Part shown: positions 9,557 through 18,517 of the stretch, one piece after another
How the letters are laid out: each line of letters begins with the position of its first letter
How positions within the stretch are numbered: the stretch's first letter is position 1
Virus record (IMG/VR): IMGVR_UViG_3300028601_000027
Coordinates: 24,898-88,897 of that record
DNA length: 64,000 bases
Source of the DNA: a virus
Taxonomy: Duplodnaviria; Caudoviricetes
Strand: one strand, 5' to 3'
The notes under the pieces: generated by a model
What the model was told of the DNA's origin: nothing
The model's database searches: none
Seen by the model: the letters and a program-made list of their open reading frames with translations, nothing else
Made by a program: the position numbers and the translations under genes

Positions 9557-9814
9557 TCACACATTCTTAGATTTAATGTAATGAATAGTAATAGTACCTT
9601 CATTATGTGGTTGATAATGTAAACTATTATAAGTATAATCAGAAAACTTTTGGGCAATTCTAGTTATCTTAACTTCCTTTAATCGCTCAAATAGAATACT
9701 CTTAATTCCTTCTTGTAGACTATACCCATCATTAGGACAATACTCGACTGAACTACTATAAGTATTACCACATTTTTCACATGTCCATGTTGCAAAAGTA
9801 TCTGTTGTTTCCAT
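9557..9814 (-). CDS. Zn-ribbon hypothetical protein
   Basis: WTCEKCG...YCPND. Confidence 0.6.
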   Translation of the reverse strand: METTDTFATWTCEKCGNTYSSSVEYCPNDGYSLQEGIKSILFERLKEVKITRIAQKFSDYTYNSLHYQPHNEGTITIHYIKSKNV

Positions 9815-9826
9815 GTTTAATTCTCC

Positions 9827-10027
9827 TTAATTGTATTTAGGCTCATCAATCCATTCCCAAATTAATTCATTATCCTCATTTTCAACTTTATGAACTAATA
9901 CCTTATCATTAGCGTAATCTATTTGCCCTTGTTGATAACCTCGATTCATAATATTATCAAGAGATACCATGATCAACATAACCCCTATCAATAATCCTAT
10001 TAATACACCAACACCACATTCTCTCAT
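9827..10027 (-). CDS. Small membrane protein
   Basis: N-terminal TM, GYQQGQIDY; an unannotated paralog lies at about 19350-19530. Confidence 0.65.
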   Translation of the reverse strand: MRECGVGVLIGLLIGVMLIMVSLDNIMNRGYQQGQIDYANDKVLVHKVENEDNELIWEWIDEPKYN

Positions 10028-10029
10028 AA

Positions 10030-11226
10030 TTAATTCTCCTTATACTTAGAATATACACTATCAAATACTAGTTTGTCAACCTTTTTCTCAACCTCTTTAT
10101 TATCCAGCATCAAAAACATAAACCCCTTATATACACTAGGAACATTTTCGTTTACATATTGAGCAAATTCTTTCCTAGTACCAATATCTTTACATTGATT
10201 AAAGTAATATTTAATGTCATTCATTACATTAGTCTTAGTATGATTCACTTCATCCCTAAGTTGTTCTATTTCCTTTTGTCTATCCTTAAATCCTAACTGA
10301 CTAACAACTCCAATCATATCATCTACAGTGTTTTCTAATGTAGCTTGAATAACACTCTTAGGATTAAAGTCTGACACTAGTTTATGGTGTTCTAAGTATT
10401 CCTTGGTCTTAGCTTTCACTAGTTTACCACAACCAGTTTGAATTACAAACCCCTCAATCCCCTTCATATCAAACACTTCTTCATAAGTAACATTGTGTAC
10501 TTTGTGTTGTTCATTAGCAAAATACTCTCCACTACAATTATCCCTAAATCCTAAGTAAATGAATTGTTCTTCAGGATATTCTAATACTATACGATTATGA
10601 GGGGCTACATATTCAAAAATAGGTGTGAAATTATGGTGAGAACTTTTTAATAAACTTTTCCAATCAAACTCACCTTCATTGTTAATAGCTTTAAACCTAT
10701 CATAGAACGCTTGCGCTTTTTGTGCTACATCGCTATAGAAACTCTTCTTAGTTTTCCAGAATACTTTACCGTTGATAACCACTGGAACTACCATTGATCC
10801 ATCATGTTTAGTATAGTATCCAGCAAAACTCATATCTAGATTATCAATTTGTGTTTCTTCTGTTTCTCCTATATTAAAAAACTTAGTCAATGGTCTAGAA
10901 ATTAGTTCCTTTGTATCTAGTCTAAAAGTAGTACCACGAAACTCCTTAGCTAATTCTGAATCAAAGGTATCAGTATATTGTACCATATAACTAAAGATAA
11001 CTACAGGAACACCATCTACTATTTCTTCCTTAGCCCTTAGTTCTTCTTTCTGTTCACATAGTTCTATCATATCATCAAAGTGTAGTTCCATGTCATTCTC
11101 CAGTTTCAGGATCAACTTGTTTTGATTGTCTTTATCTAATAACATTATTAGATTAGGTATAGTAGTAAAATGGTATATTGTACCTACTTGTTTAGCTTCT
11201 TCTAATATACCCTTAAAGGTTATCAA
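10030..11226 (-). CDS. rnlA: RNA ligase 1 (T4 Rnl1-like) with 45-aa N-terminal extension
   Basis: FRGTTF, RPLTKFFNIGE, TKHDGS (motif I), FEYVAPHNRIV, EGFVI, LVKAKT; MELHFDDMIELC at 11091 resembles the T4 Rnl1 N-terminus. Confidence 0.85.
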   Translation of the reverse strand: MITFKGILEEAKQVGTIYHFTTIPNLIMLLDKDNQNKLILKLENDMELHFDDMIELCEQKEELRAKEEIVDGVPVVIFSYMVQYTDTFDSELAKEFRGTTFRLDTKELISRPLTKFFNIGETEETQIDNLDMSFAGYYTKHDGSMVVPVVINGKVFWKTKKSFYSDVAQKAQAFYDRFKAINNEGEFDWKSLLKSSHHNFTPIFEYVAPHNRIVLEYPEEQFIYLGFRDNCSGEYFANEQHKVHNVTYEEVFDMKGIEGFVIQTGCGKLVKAKTKEYLEHHKLVSDFNPKSVIQATLENTVDDMIGVVSQLGFKDRQKEIEQLRDEVNHTKTNVMNDIKYYFNQCKDIGTRKEFAQYVNENVPSVYKGFMFLMLDNKEVEKKVDKLVFDSVYSKYKEN

Positions 11227-11237
11227 TTATGTTCTCC

Positions 11238-12347
11238 CTATAGTAAATACTCTATCTCGTCAAATTCATCATCATACGGCATTGTAAAGCTCTTCATCAT
11301 ATTTAAGATAACATTATATGGTATAAACTTGTTTTCTCTTAGCGTGTTTCTATTATATATGGTAGATAACTTAGGTAGAAACACCTTATACTTAATCTGA
11401 TAACCCTTTTGTCTAAGTTGGTTTACAAACTTCATCCTACCCTTATAAGTAAGATTAGTCCTATCAATTACCATATCATATTCATTTTTTAAAAGATACT
11501 GGAATGATTCTCTAAATTCCTTGTCTACTTCTTTCTGATCTACTCGTTTCCACGCATCATCATAGTTATCAGTTCCAGCTAAATCTAATACCATTTGATC
11601 CCTAGATAGAATGTTATTGTAACCTTCCTTAAGGGCATAAGTAGTCTTACCAGAATTAGGCAGACCAATTAGAAACGTAGCAGTAGCATAATCCTTCTTA
11701 GGTGGAGGGCAAGGGTATTTACTGTGTTCAGATATATGATCCAACAATTCAATAATAAAACACCATGAATCAGCAAAAGGATATTTCTTTGAAATATTAC
11801 CATAACAATCTGCTTTTCTCAATGAATACAAATCAATAAGAAAATTTTTACTTTTCTTCCACTTAACCCAATGTTTAGGTTTTGCGTCAAACAAATCACC
11901 ATGATAATTAATTAGCCTTAGTATGTATACTATCTGATCATCAGTTAAAGTTGGGTCTAGTTTCTTAATATCACTGATAGCTTTAAATGTGCTAACTCCA
12001 GCGTGATTCTTAAACATGATGCGATGTTTATCTTCTATCCATTCTCTACAATAAGGTTTACCAATATCATGTAGCAATGAAGCTATGATTAGTTCTTTCC
12101 ATGTATTAGGGAAAAAATCATCTTCTATAAAGTTACGCATTACGTGAGAATAAACCATCATAGTGTGAGTTAGCACACTACCTTCAGCATGATATTGTGA
12201 TTTAAAGTTTAGTCCAGCTTCATTATGATCTGATTGGTTTAATGCGTAACAAACAGCCATATCATGTAATTTATGAACTAAGTTCCACCCATATTCATGT
12301 ACATCATTAAAATCAGTCACTATAAAATTCCTTTGCTGTGTTATCAA
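11238..12347 (-). CDS. HD-domain phosphohydrolase fused to polynucleotide-kinase-like P-loop
   Basis: YHAEGSVLTHT, LLHDIGKP, then GLPNSGKTT and IDRTNL. Confidence 0.85.
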   Translation of the reverse strand: MITQQRNFIVTDFNDVHEYGWNLVHKLHDMAVCYALNQSDHNEAGLNFKSQYHAEGSVLTHTMMVYSHVMRNFIEDDFFPNTWKELIIASLLHDIGKPYCREWIEDKHRIMFKNHAGVSTFKAISDIKKLDPTLTDDQIVYILRLINYHGDLFDAKPKHWVKWKKSKNFLIDLYSLRKADCYGNISKKYPFADSWCFIIELLDHISEHSKYPCPPPKKDYATATFLIGLPNSGKTTYALKEGYNNILSRDQMVLDLAGTDNYDDAWKRVDQKEVDKEFRESFQYLLKNEYDMVIDRTNLTYKGRMKFVNQLRQKGYQIKYKVFLPKLSTIYNRNTLRENKFIPYNVILNMMKSFTMPYDDEFDEIEYLL

Positions 12348-12666
12348 TTCTTTTTACCCACTCTATACTGCGAGGTGACAGATTTTTGAGTAGTTCTTTT
12401 TCATTTTCGTATCTGTGACCGTATACTATTGGGCGATCATTACCATCAAATAAAACATTCCAATAATACTTAGTAACTGTTTTTTTGTACTCTTCCCATG
12501 AATCCAAATCATAAGAATCAAAATAGTTGATATCACAAACATAACCATCTTCTTCTTTAAATTTCCCATCCTCAAAATCGTAATAAATATATTCGTCTTT
12601 GGGCCAAGCCATATGTCGAACTCGTTTTCCTTTAAGTGCTAGTTCAAGTGCTCCTACTTTAGTCAT
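12313..12666 (-). CDS. Hypothetical phage protein
   Basis: ALKGKRVRHMAW pattern; RBS present. Confidence 0.65.
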   Translation of the reverse strand: MTKVGALELALKGKRVRHMAWPKDEYIYYDFEDGKFKEEDGYVCDINYFDSYDLDSWEEYKKTVTKYYWNVLFDGNDRPIVYGHRYENEKELLKNLSPRSIEWVKRIDNTAKEFYSD

Positions 12667-12678
12667 TTTTAATCTCCT

Positions 12679-13167
12679 TTAAATAAATTCTTCAATACTA
12701 ACTGGTCTATAGTTCCAAACATCCACACCTACATTGTAACGAGTTCCTTCACAATTGTCAACAATATTATCGTGTATGTGTCCATGTAAATGTAAAAACC
12801 TATGATGCTTACCATTCCAAGATTCAATAGGATAATGAAACAATATAAACTTTAACCCATTATACTTTAATTCCTTATAGTAATCAACACTTTCCCAACC
12901 TAGTTTCTTAACTCTATTATCGTCATGGTTGCCTAAAATTAAGTGTTTCTTACCGTTTAGTCTATTGAATATGTGTTGCATGTGTTCTCTACTACAAAAA
13001 CCAAAATCACCTAAGTGGTAAATGGTATCATTTGATTTAACAACTTCATTCCAATTAGTGATTAGTTGTTCGTCCATTTCTGTTGTGTCTGAAAATGGTC
13101 TATTACAATACTTGATTACATTATTGTGTCCGAAGTGAGTGTCAGCGGTAAAATAGATCATTACCAT
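12679..13167 (-). CDS. Metallophosphoesterase
   Basis: TADTHFGH, YHLGDF, GNHD, FHYP, HGHIH. Confidence 0.9.
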   Translation of the reverse strand: MVMIYFTADTHFGHNNVIKYCNRPFSDTTEMDEQLITNWNEVVKSNDTIYHLGDFGFCSREHMQHIFNRLNGKKHLILGNHDDNRVKKLGWESVDYYKELKYNGLKFILFHYPIESWNGKHHRFLHLHGHIHDNIVDNCEGTRYNVGVDVWNYRPVSIEEFI

Positions 13168-14123
13168 TCTCCATAATAATTTTCAAGAACATTAAATGTG
13201 ATTCCATTAACATAATTAGATTTAACACTATCAGGATATTTTGATTGTTCAGCTAGTTTCTCTACTCGTTCAATCCCTTCCTCAAGAGTAGGCAACACTG
13301 AGCCTTTAAAATCTAGTTTCCCTTGTTTCACTAGCTTTAGATATTCAGCATGCTTCAGAGGAAACTTTAAATCGCCAGTAGTGTAAATTTCCTCTAGTTG
13401 AAGAGCAGCCCTAATTGCATGTGACATCGCTTTCCAATCCACATCTTCATTTTTAGCCGCTTTTCTAGCTCTATCTCCATACTTGTCTAAAAAAGATTGA
13501 ATCATATCTTTAGCATAACTTACTTTAACAGTATTTTGTAATTGCTTGCCACAGAAAATAAACTTTCTAATGGTAGAGCCACCAATAAGATATGACATAT
13601 TTTTATCTACAGGTAGTTCATTCCAAAAACTAGATAACCTTTGATTGTCATCCTTAGTATTAAGAAAATCTAATAGCTTCTGTGCAGAGTTAATTCTACT
13701 CCCTTTCATCCCATACTTTGCCGCCTGCTTTTTACAGTAGCCCATGAACGCCTTCATGTTTTTAGCATAAAAGAACCTGCGCCTATCATAAATATAATCC
13801 CAATGAATAGTTTTATGGATCACTTGTTCAGTAGAGTGAATCATATCTAAAGCACATGTTTCACCTTTTCTTAACAACTCTAGGAAGTAGTGTAGTGAAT
13901 ATAATTGGCAATCAATATCATCTTTACTATTTTTTTCGTTACTAGTATTACTATCAAATGATACTTGCTTAGGGATATTACCTAACATAATTTGTTCTTT
14001 TGTGGGAATAAACACACCCTTGTAATCAACATCTGATTCTGGAGTATTAGTGCCGTAAAGGTGTGAACCAAATTTAGTCAGAAAGATTACATTATAATTA
14101 TCATATATTTCCTTAAAGTTCAT
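13161..14123 (-). CDS. Pol-beta-superfamily nucleotidyltransferase (T4 nrdC.11-like)
   Basis: FGSHLYGTNTPESDVDYKGVF; WKAMSHAIR. Confidence 0.85.
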   Translation of the reverse strand: MNFKEIYDNYNVIFLTKFGSHLYGTNTPESDVDYKGVFIPTKEQIMLGNIPKQVSFDSNTSNEKNSKDDIDCQLYSLHYFLELLRKGETCALDMIHSTEQVIHKTIHWDYIYDRRRFFYAKNMKAFMGYCKKQAAKYGMKGSRINSAQKLLDFLNTKDDNQRLSSFWNELPVDKNMSYLIGGSTIRKFIFCGKQLQNTVKVSYAKDMIQSFLDKYGDRARKAAKNEDVDWKAMSHAIRAALQLEEIYTTGDLKFPLKHAEYLKLVKQGKLDFKGSVLPTLEEGIERVEKLAEQSKYPDSVKSNYVNGITFNVLENYYGEW

Positions 14124-14497
14124 TATAAATCTTCTCCCATCTCTTCAGTAATGAATTTGTTTTCTAATACTAGAATTTCGGTAGGTGTAAAAATAGTACA
14201 CCTGAATTGTTCCATTGCTTGCATAAGGTGTTGTGCAAAATCAAAAGACATGTCAAACACCACAAAATCGTAAACAGGAAATCTAGGATAATTGATAAGC
14301 CCTACAATATATCCCGGTTCATTACCATTTGGATATACGAAATTAGTTCTAGTTACAGTGACACCAACACAATTCGTATCACAAAACATTTGACAATATT
14401 TGAGGACTTGTTCTTCTGAAATTGTAGTATCAGTATACCCAACCTTTGCGCCAATATGGATTTGCACATCAAATCTCGGTAGTTTTTTGAAGTCCAT
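14123..14497 (-). CDS. Hypothetical protein
   Basis: ORF; GNEPGYIVGLINYPRFP pattern. Confidence 0.7.
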   Translation of the reverse strand: MDFKKLPRFDVQIHIGAKVGYTDTTISEEQVLKYCQMFCDTNCVGVTVTRTNFVYPNGNEPGYIVGLINYPRFPVYDFVVFDMSFDFAQHLMQAMEQFRCTIFTPTEILVLENKFITEEMGEDL

Positions 14498-14919
14498 TAT
14501 CCTACTCCATTATCTCTTAGAAGGGAAACAAAATTCTCAAAGAAAATAGTACGATAGATCTTATTTCTGAACAACTCGGAATACTCAGGTTTATTAGCTA
14601 ATGTAAGCATTAACTCGTTTGCAGTTTTCACTTTATTAAAACTTATCTCATCATGATAAGATAACACGTTTACGGGCAAATCATTACCAAAGAATATCTT
14701 AACACTCTCGATATTGAGTAGTTTGTTTTCGTAACCTTCATTGTCATTAAATGTGTGATTAATTTTGTGTTTGATTATGTTTTTCATCATAATATTAAAC
14801 ACATCACCCATAACAATAAAATCAATATCATTAGGTTTAGCATCAGTCCATACAGAAGAACCAATTTGTACTGCACCTCTTTTCAATAACCAATCAATTA
14901 GTGTTTGCTGTTTTGACAT
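14497..14919 (-). CDS. Possible minimal nucleotidyltransferase-like protein
   Basis: IGSSVW...NDIDFIV resembles the GS-x-DxD motif. Confidence 0.45.
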   Translation of the reverse strand: MSKQQTLIDWLLKRGAVQIGSSVWTDAKPNDIDFIVMGDVFNIMMKNIIKHKINHTFNDNEGYENKLLNIESVKIFFGNDLPVNVLSYHDEISFNKVKTANELMLTLANKPEYSELFRNKIYRTIFFENFVSLLRDNGVG

Positions 14920-14922
14920 CTT

Positions 14923-15222
14923 TTAATCTCCTGTGTATACAATTTCAGTTTCAACATCCTGAACTTTTAGTGACACTCCAAATTCTTTTAGAAATCCATA
15001 ACCCTCAATAAAAGCATCAGGATAGCATTCTGTAATAGAGTGTTTCGATGCTAAGTGCTTAATATGATCATCAATAGTATTAAACGGATACATGTAATCT
15101 TTAAATTCTTTCATCCATTCATTAGTAAACTTAGTTTCATCATATTCCACTTCTACAAGATACGTAACTTCAACTAGTTTCTTTTTCATAGTATCCTCCA
15201 CATTTAAATTTGTTCCTTTCAT
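14923..15222 (-). CDS. Hypothetical protein
   Basis: ORF downstream of promoter. Confidence 0.65.
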   Translation of the reverse strand: MKGTNLNVEDTMKKKLVEVTYLVEVEYDETKFTNEWMKEFKDYMYPFNTIDDHIKHLASKHSITECYPDAFIEGYGFLKEFGVSLKVQDVETEIVYTGD

Positions 15223-15229
15223 TTACTAA

Positions 15230-15258
15230 ACTATACACTATTTGTCACTATTTGTAAA
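15230..15258 (-). promoter_or_regulatory. Sigma70-like early promoter after terminator
   Basis: TTTACA-17 bp-TATAGT; upstream gcac...gtgc stem with U-run. Confidence 0.75.
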
Positions 15259-15319
15259 CAAAAAAAGCACACTAAGACTAAAATAAACCCTTGTGTGCTA
15301 AAAACCTCATTCTTACTGT

Positions 15320-15649
15320 TTATCTTCTACCAATTTTCCAATTCATATTCATTACGTCAGGACAATCCTCAATGATGTGCATCTTACCAGCACTGTTTTC
15401 AACAATATTACTTAATGCACTCATGGAAAAACTATTTTTAATACCATACGTTTCTTTATGACATTTATAGATAGACCTAGAATAACCGTAAAAGTAATAG
15501 TATTCACTATCTTCTTCTGCACTAAGGATACCCGAATTTAGTCTCCATCTATCTCCATCCAGATACCCCCCACACCACGAAGCAAATACTCTATAGTGTG
15601 GATCAGTGCCAGTGATTTCTACTAATATCCAATTATGAGGAGTATGCAT
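15320..15649 (-). CDS. Conserved phage hypothetical protein
   Basis: GGYLDGDRWRLNSGI...YGYSRSIYKC. Confidence 0.75.
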   Translation of the reverse strand: MHTPHNWILVEITGTDPHYRVFASWCGGYLDGDRWRLNSGILSAEEDSEYYYFYGYSRSIYKCHKETYGIKNSFSMSALSNIVENSAGKMHIIEDCPDVMNMNWKIGRR

Positions 15650-16077
15650 TACTTTTTCCTAATCTCTAGTGTGATATTGTCCATGTATTCAGATAACCAC
15701 CATTCGCTACCATCTGCAATGTGTTCATTAATAATGTCTAGCATTTCCTCTTTACGAGTGATTTCATTGCAACTTGAGTTAGGGCATTGTTCTACATTTT
15801 TATCATACCCATTACCACAAATATGACATACCCAAACATCACTATCACATCCGTTACAATCACAACAACATGATTCAGGTCCTATTTCGTCATACATCCA
15901 ATCATGAAATAGGTAGTCGCCATTAGTGTTATCATCACCTAGTTTAATTATCTGACCCATAAATGGTTTCATATCTTCTAAGAACGCTTCACGGGCTTTC
16001 ATGCCATATTCCCACCCATAACGATCATACATGTTTTGTAGCAAATCTTCCATTTGTTTTACTTTAACAATTTTCAT
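15649..16077 (-). CDS. Hypothetical Cys-rich protein
   Basis: CCCDCNGC, CHICG, CPNSSC. Confidence 0.65.
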   Translation of the reverse strand: MKIVKVKQMEDLLQNMYDRYGWEYGMKAREAFLEDMKPFMGQIIKLGDDNTNGDYLFHDWMYDEIGPESCCCDCNGCDSDVWVCHICGNGYDKNVEQCPNSSCNEITRKEEMLDIINEHIADGSEWWLSEYMDNITLEIRKK

Positions 16078-16212
16078 AATTAGCTCCTATTTGATTTAAA
16101 AGATAGCCCGATTCCTATAGCGTACTATAGGCGATACCGTTTATACTCGGACACAAAGTGAGCTTCACTACATAGTAGGATAGTCTTGTTGGGGCATGTT
16201 TAACTTAAGTAC

Positions 16213-16241
16213 AATATACATTATCTCAATCACCTCGTCAA
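16213..16241 (-). promoter_or_regulatory. Sigma70-like promoter giving a ~130-nt leader
   Basis: TTGACG-17 bp-TATATT. Confidence 0.7.
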
Positions 16242-16245
16242 TGTG

Positions 16246-16470
16246 TTATTTCATAAAATCACAATTACCGTCAGATTGATAATCACTTAGTCCGATAAAA
16301 TCATCTTCATGTGTGTTATCTATAACAACACTACTATCTCTAGCAAACGAATAAACACAACCACAATTATTACATTTTATTATTAATTCGTGGAATGAGT
16401 TAGAATCTAATTGTGAGATTACCTTAGTGTCTAAAGTGTTGCATTGTGGACACCTATCTTTACTGATCAT
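16246..16470 (-). CDS. Small Zn-ribbon protein
   Basis: CPQC...CNNCG. Confidence 0.6.
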   Translation of the reverse strand: MISKDRCPQCNTLDTKVISQLDSNSFHELIIKCNNCGCVYSFARDSSVVIDNTHEDDFIGLSDYQSDGNCDFMK

Positions 16471-17029
16471 GTTCTTTTAGTCCTTTCATAAACTCTATTG
16501 TTTGTTGTACCTGTTCTTCTGTTAAGTATGCTTCGAATGTTTCTGTTCCATTTTTATAGTGTGTGACTAATGTTGATTTGTAGTGTACAGGGTATTCCTT
16601 AATTTCATCAAAGAAGTAAACATTCAAGTTGTCCTTACAAACATACCTACCATCATACTCAGCAATAAACACTACTGGTTCCCATTCATGTTTAAACTTA
16701 GCGAGTACTGTTTCGCCCTTCTTAGGAATCCACTCATCAAACATATCTAATGCTTCTTGAATAGTGATAATATGAAATTCACATGTTTCGTAGTAACTAA
16801 TGCGATCCCAATTTAATGATGGCAGATTTGATAAATTTATACCTATGTGATTATCTTTGACTCCTAATCTCCTCCTATACAACTCATAAATGATAAATTT
16901 ATCATTCCAACCGTTGGTTTCAGCTAACCATTTGAATTTCTCAATGCTTTCTTCACTGTCAATACGTACTACAATTTTGTCACTCATTTTTAATCTCCTA
17001 AGTCCAAAGACATCCATAGTATTTACCAA
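16460..17029 (-). CDS. Hypothetical protein
   Basis: ORF; probable start MSDKIV. Confidence 0.65.
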   Translation of the reverse strand: MVNTMDVFGLRRLKMSDKIVVRIDSEESIEKFKWLAETNGWNDKFIIYELYRRRLGVKDNHIGINLSNLPSLNWDRISYYETCEFHIITIQEALDMFDEWIPKKGETVLAKFKHEWEPVVFIAEYDGRYVCKDNLNVYFFDEIKEYPVHYKSTLVTHYKNGTETFEAYLTEEQVQQTIEFMKGLKEHDQ

Positions 17030-17696
17030 ATAGTCTTAGCCCGTTTTGTATTCTAGCTCCATGTGCTCGATAACCATCTACATCAAATTCACTAGTATCG
17101 TTTTCTCCACGTTCCATTCTAAACAATGTAGCGTCCACATGTGACACTTCATTGCCATCTTTATCTACTGGTATAAATTTAAAATCGATTTTACCATTAT
17201 GATATTGATCTTCCCAATCTATATTGTATTGTTCAAAAGCCCAAATAATTTCATCTAACACATAATCAAAACGGTCAAACCAATAATCATCAGTCTCATC
17301 TAATGTATCATTTTCGATTACAGGTCTTTCCAATTCTTTAGGTACATCTTCATTATCGACTAAGGGTGCTCCTTGTTTGTTTTTTTTGAATTCTTTGAGT
17401 AGTGGCAGGATGATATAAGCTAATGTGGAATCAGCAGAATAAGTATCCCAATCATCAATCTTAACTTTCACTTTTTGTATTGGTTGTTTATCATAGTACC
17501 ACTTGTTGATAGTGTTGTTTAGTACAATCTGCCAAGCATCACATACCTTTTCGATAAACTTATCTAATTGGGTATATTCAGATTCTTTAATTTCAAAGTG
17601 ATACTTACCATGCAGTTTAGATAAGCACCAGTTTTCAAAAGGACATGTAACCCATCTACTATTAAAATTTCCTATTTTCACTTTCATAGTATTCAC
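16998..17696 (-). CDS. Conserved T4-like hypothetical protein
   Basis: KVKIDDWDTYSAD, WDYVLDEIIWAF-like segment, IQNGLRLFGKYY. Confidence 0.7.
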   Translation of the reverse strand: MNTMKVKIGNFNSRWVTCPFENWCLSKLHGKYHFEIKESEYTQLDKFIEKVCDAWQIVLNNTINKWYYDKQPIQKVKVKIDDWDTYSADSTLAYIILPLLKEFKKNKQGAPLVDNEDVPKELERPVIENDTLDETDDYWFDRFDYVLDEIIWAFEQYNIDWEDQYHNGKIDFKFIPVDKDGNEVSHVDATLFRMERGENDTSEFDVDGYRAHGARIQNGLRLFGKYYGCLWT

Positions 17697-17698
17697 CT

Positions 17699-18517
17699 TT
17701 AAAATAAATTATCTAAATTGTTGTTAGCTTCCTCTATTCTTTTCTTAGCTATTTGAAAATAATCTTTATCTAGTTCAACACCAATAAATTTCCTATTAAG
17801 ATTAGCACAAGCTACTCCAGTTGTTCCACTACCCATCGTAAAATCCAAAACTGTTTCACCTTCGTTGGTGTAAGTTTTAATCAGGTATTCCATTAAGGCA
17901 ACTGGTTTTTGGGTGGGGTGTACAGTCTTACCCTCACTGGCGAAGTCTAGGACTTGTCTGGGATAGTTTGTCAAGGTCTGTTTGTATGGCTTAAGTTCAA
18001 TTCCTCCAGTCACCACACTTGTGGCATCAGTTCCCTTCCCTCGCAAAGAGTGACTCTTTGAGTTGTGCTGCATAATATCCACTTCGATAACCCCTTGAGG
18101 GTTGTACACTGGCTGTTTTCGGTAGAAAACCAACACATCCTCAATATCCTTCATGGGCATCTTTTGAGCGTTTAGGTGTCCAGTAGCCCTTGTCTTTCGC
18201 CAATACCACTGATACTTCAATATCTTGAGGTTTGAAGCACCAAGTACACTTGTAAACGGTTGGCTAGCCGTCATAACAATAGCTCCGTTAGGTTTGATAA
18301 CTCGTTTCAACTGCTCCCACATACGTTCTAGGTCAATCACAGTATCCCATTTACAGGCAGTGGTGCCAAGTCAGCCGTAGGGTGGATCGCATAACACTAG
18401 GTCTATAGAGCCGTCTGGGATATATTTCATAACCTCAAGACAATCTCCATGAACCAACGTGTTAGGCAATACGCACCCTACGGGCTGTACCTCCTTCTCG
18501 TTAGTGATAGTAAACAT
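17699..18517 (-). pseudogene. DNA N6-A/N4-C methyltransferase interrupted by an in-frame TGA
   Basis: From ATG 18517: ...HGDCLEVMKYIPDGSIDLVLCDPPYG*LGTTACKWD...HPTQKP...DFTMGSGTTG; TGA at 18371-18373. Confidence 0.85.

Noticed and set aside
16090-16205. tRNA or tmRNA gene
   Set aside because: No T-loop consensus, acceptor stem or CCA; kept only as an unassigned structured leader
18371-18373. TGA recoding (Trp or selenocysteine) suggested by in-frame TGAs here and at 3983-3985
   Set aside because: TGA serves as a normal stop in ATGA overlaps (6313, 22727, 45388), long conserved genes are intact under code 11, and the MTase TGA is part of a 9-nt insertion rather than at a conserved Trp or Cys
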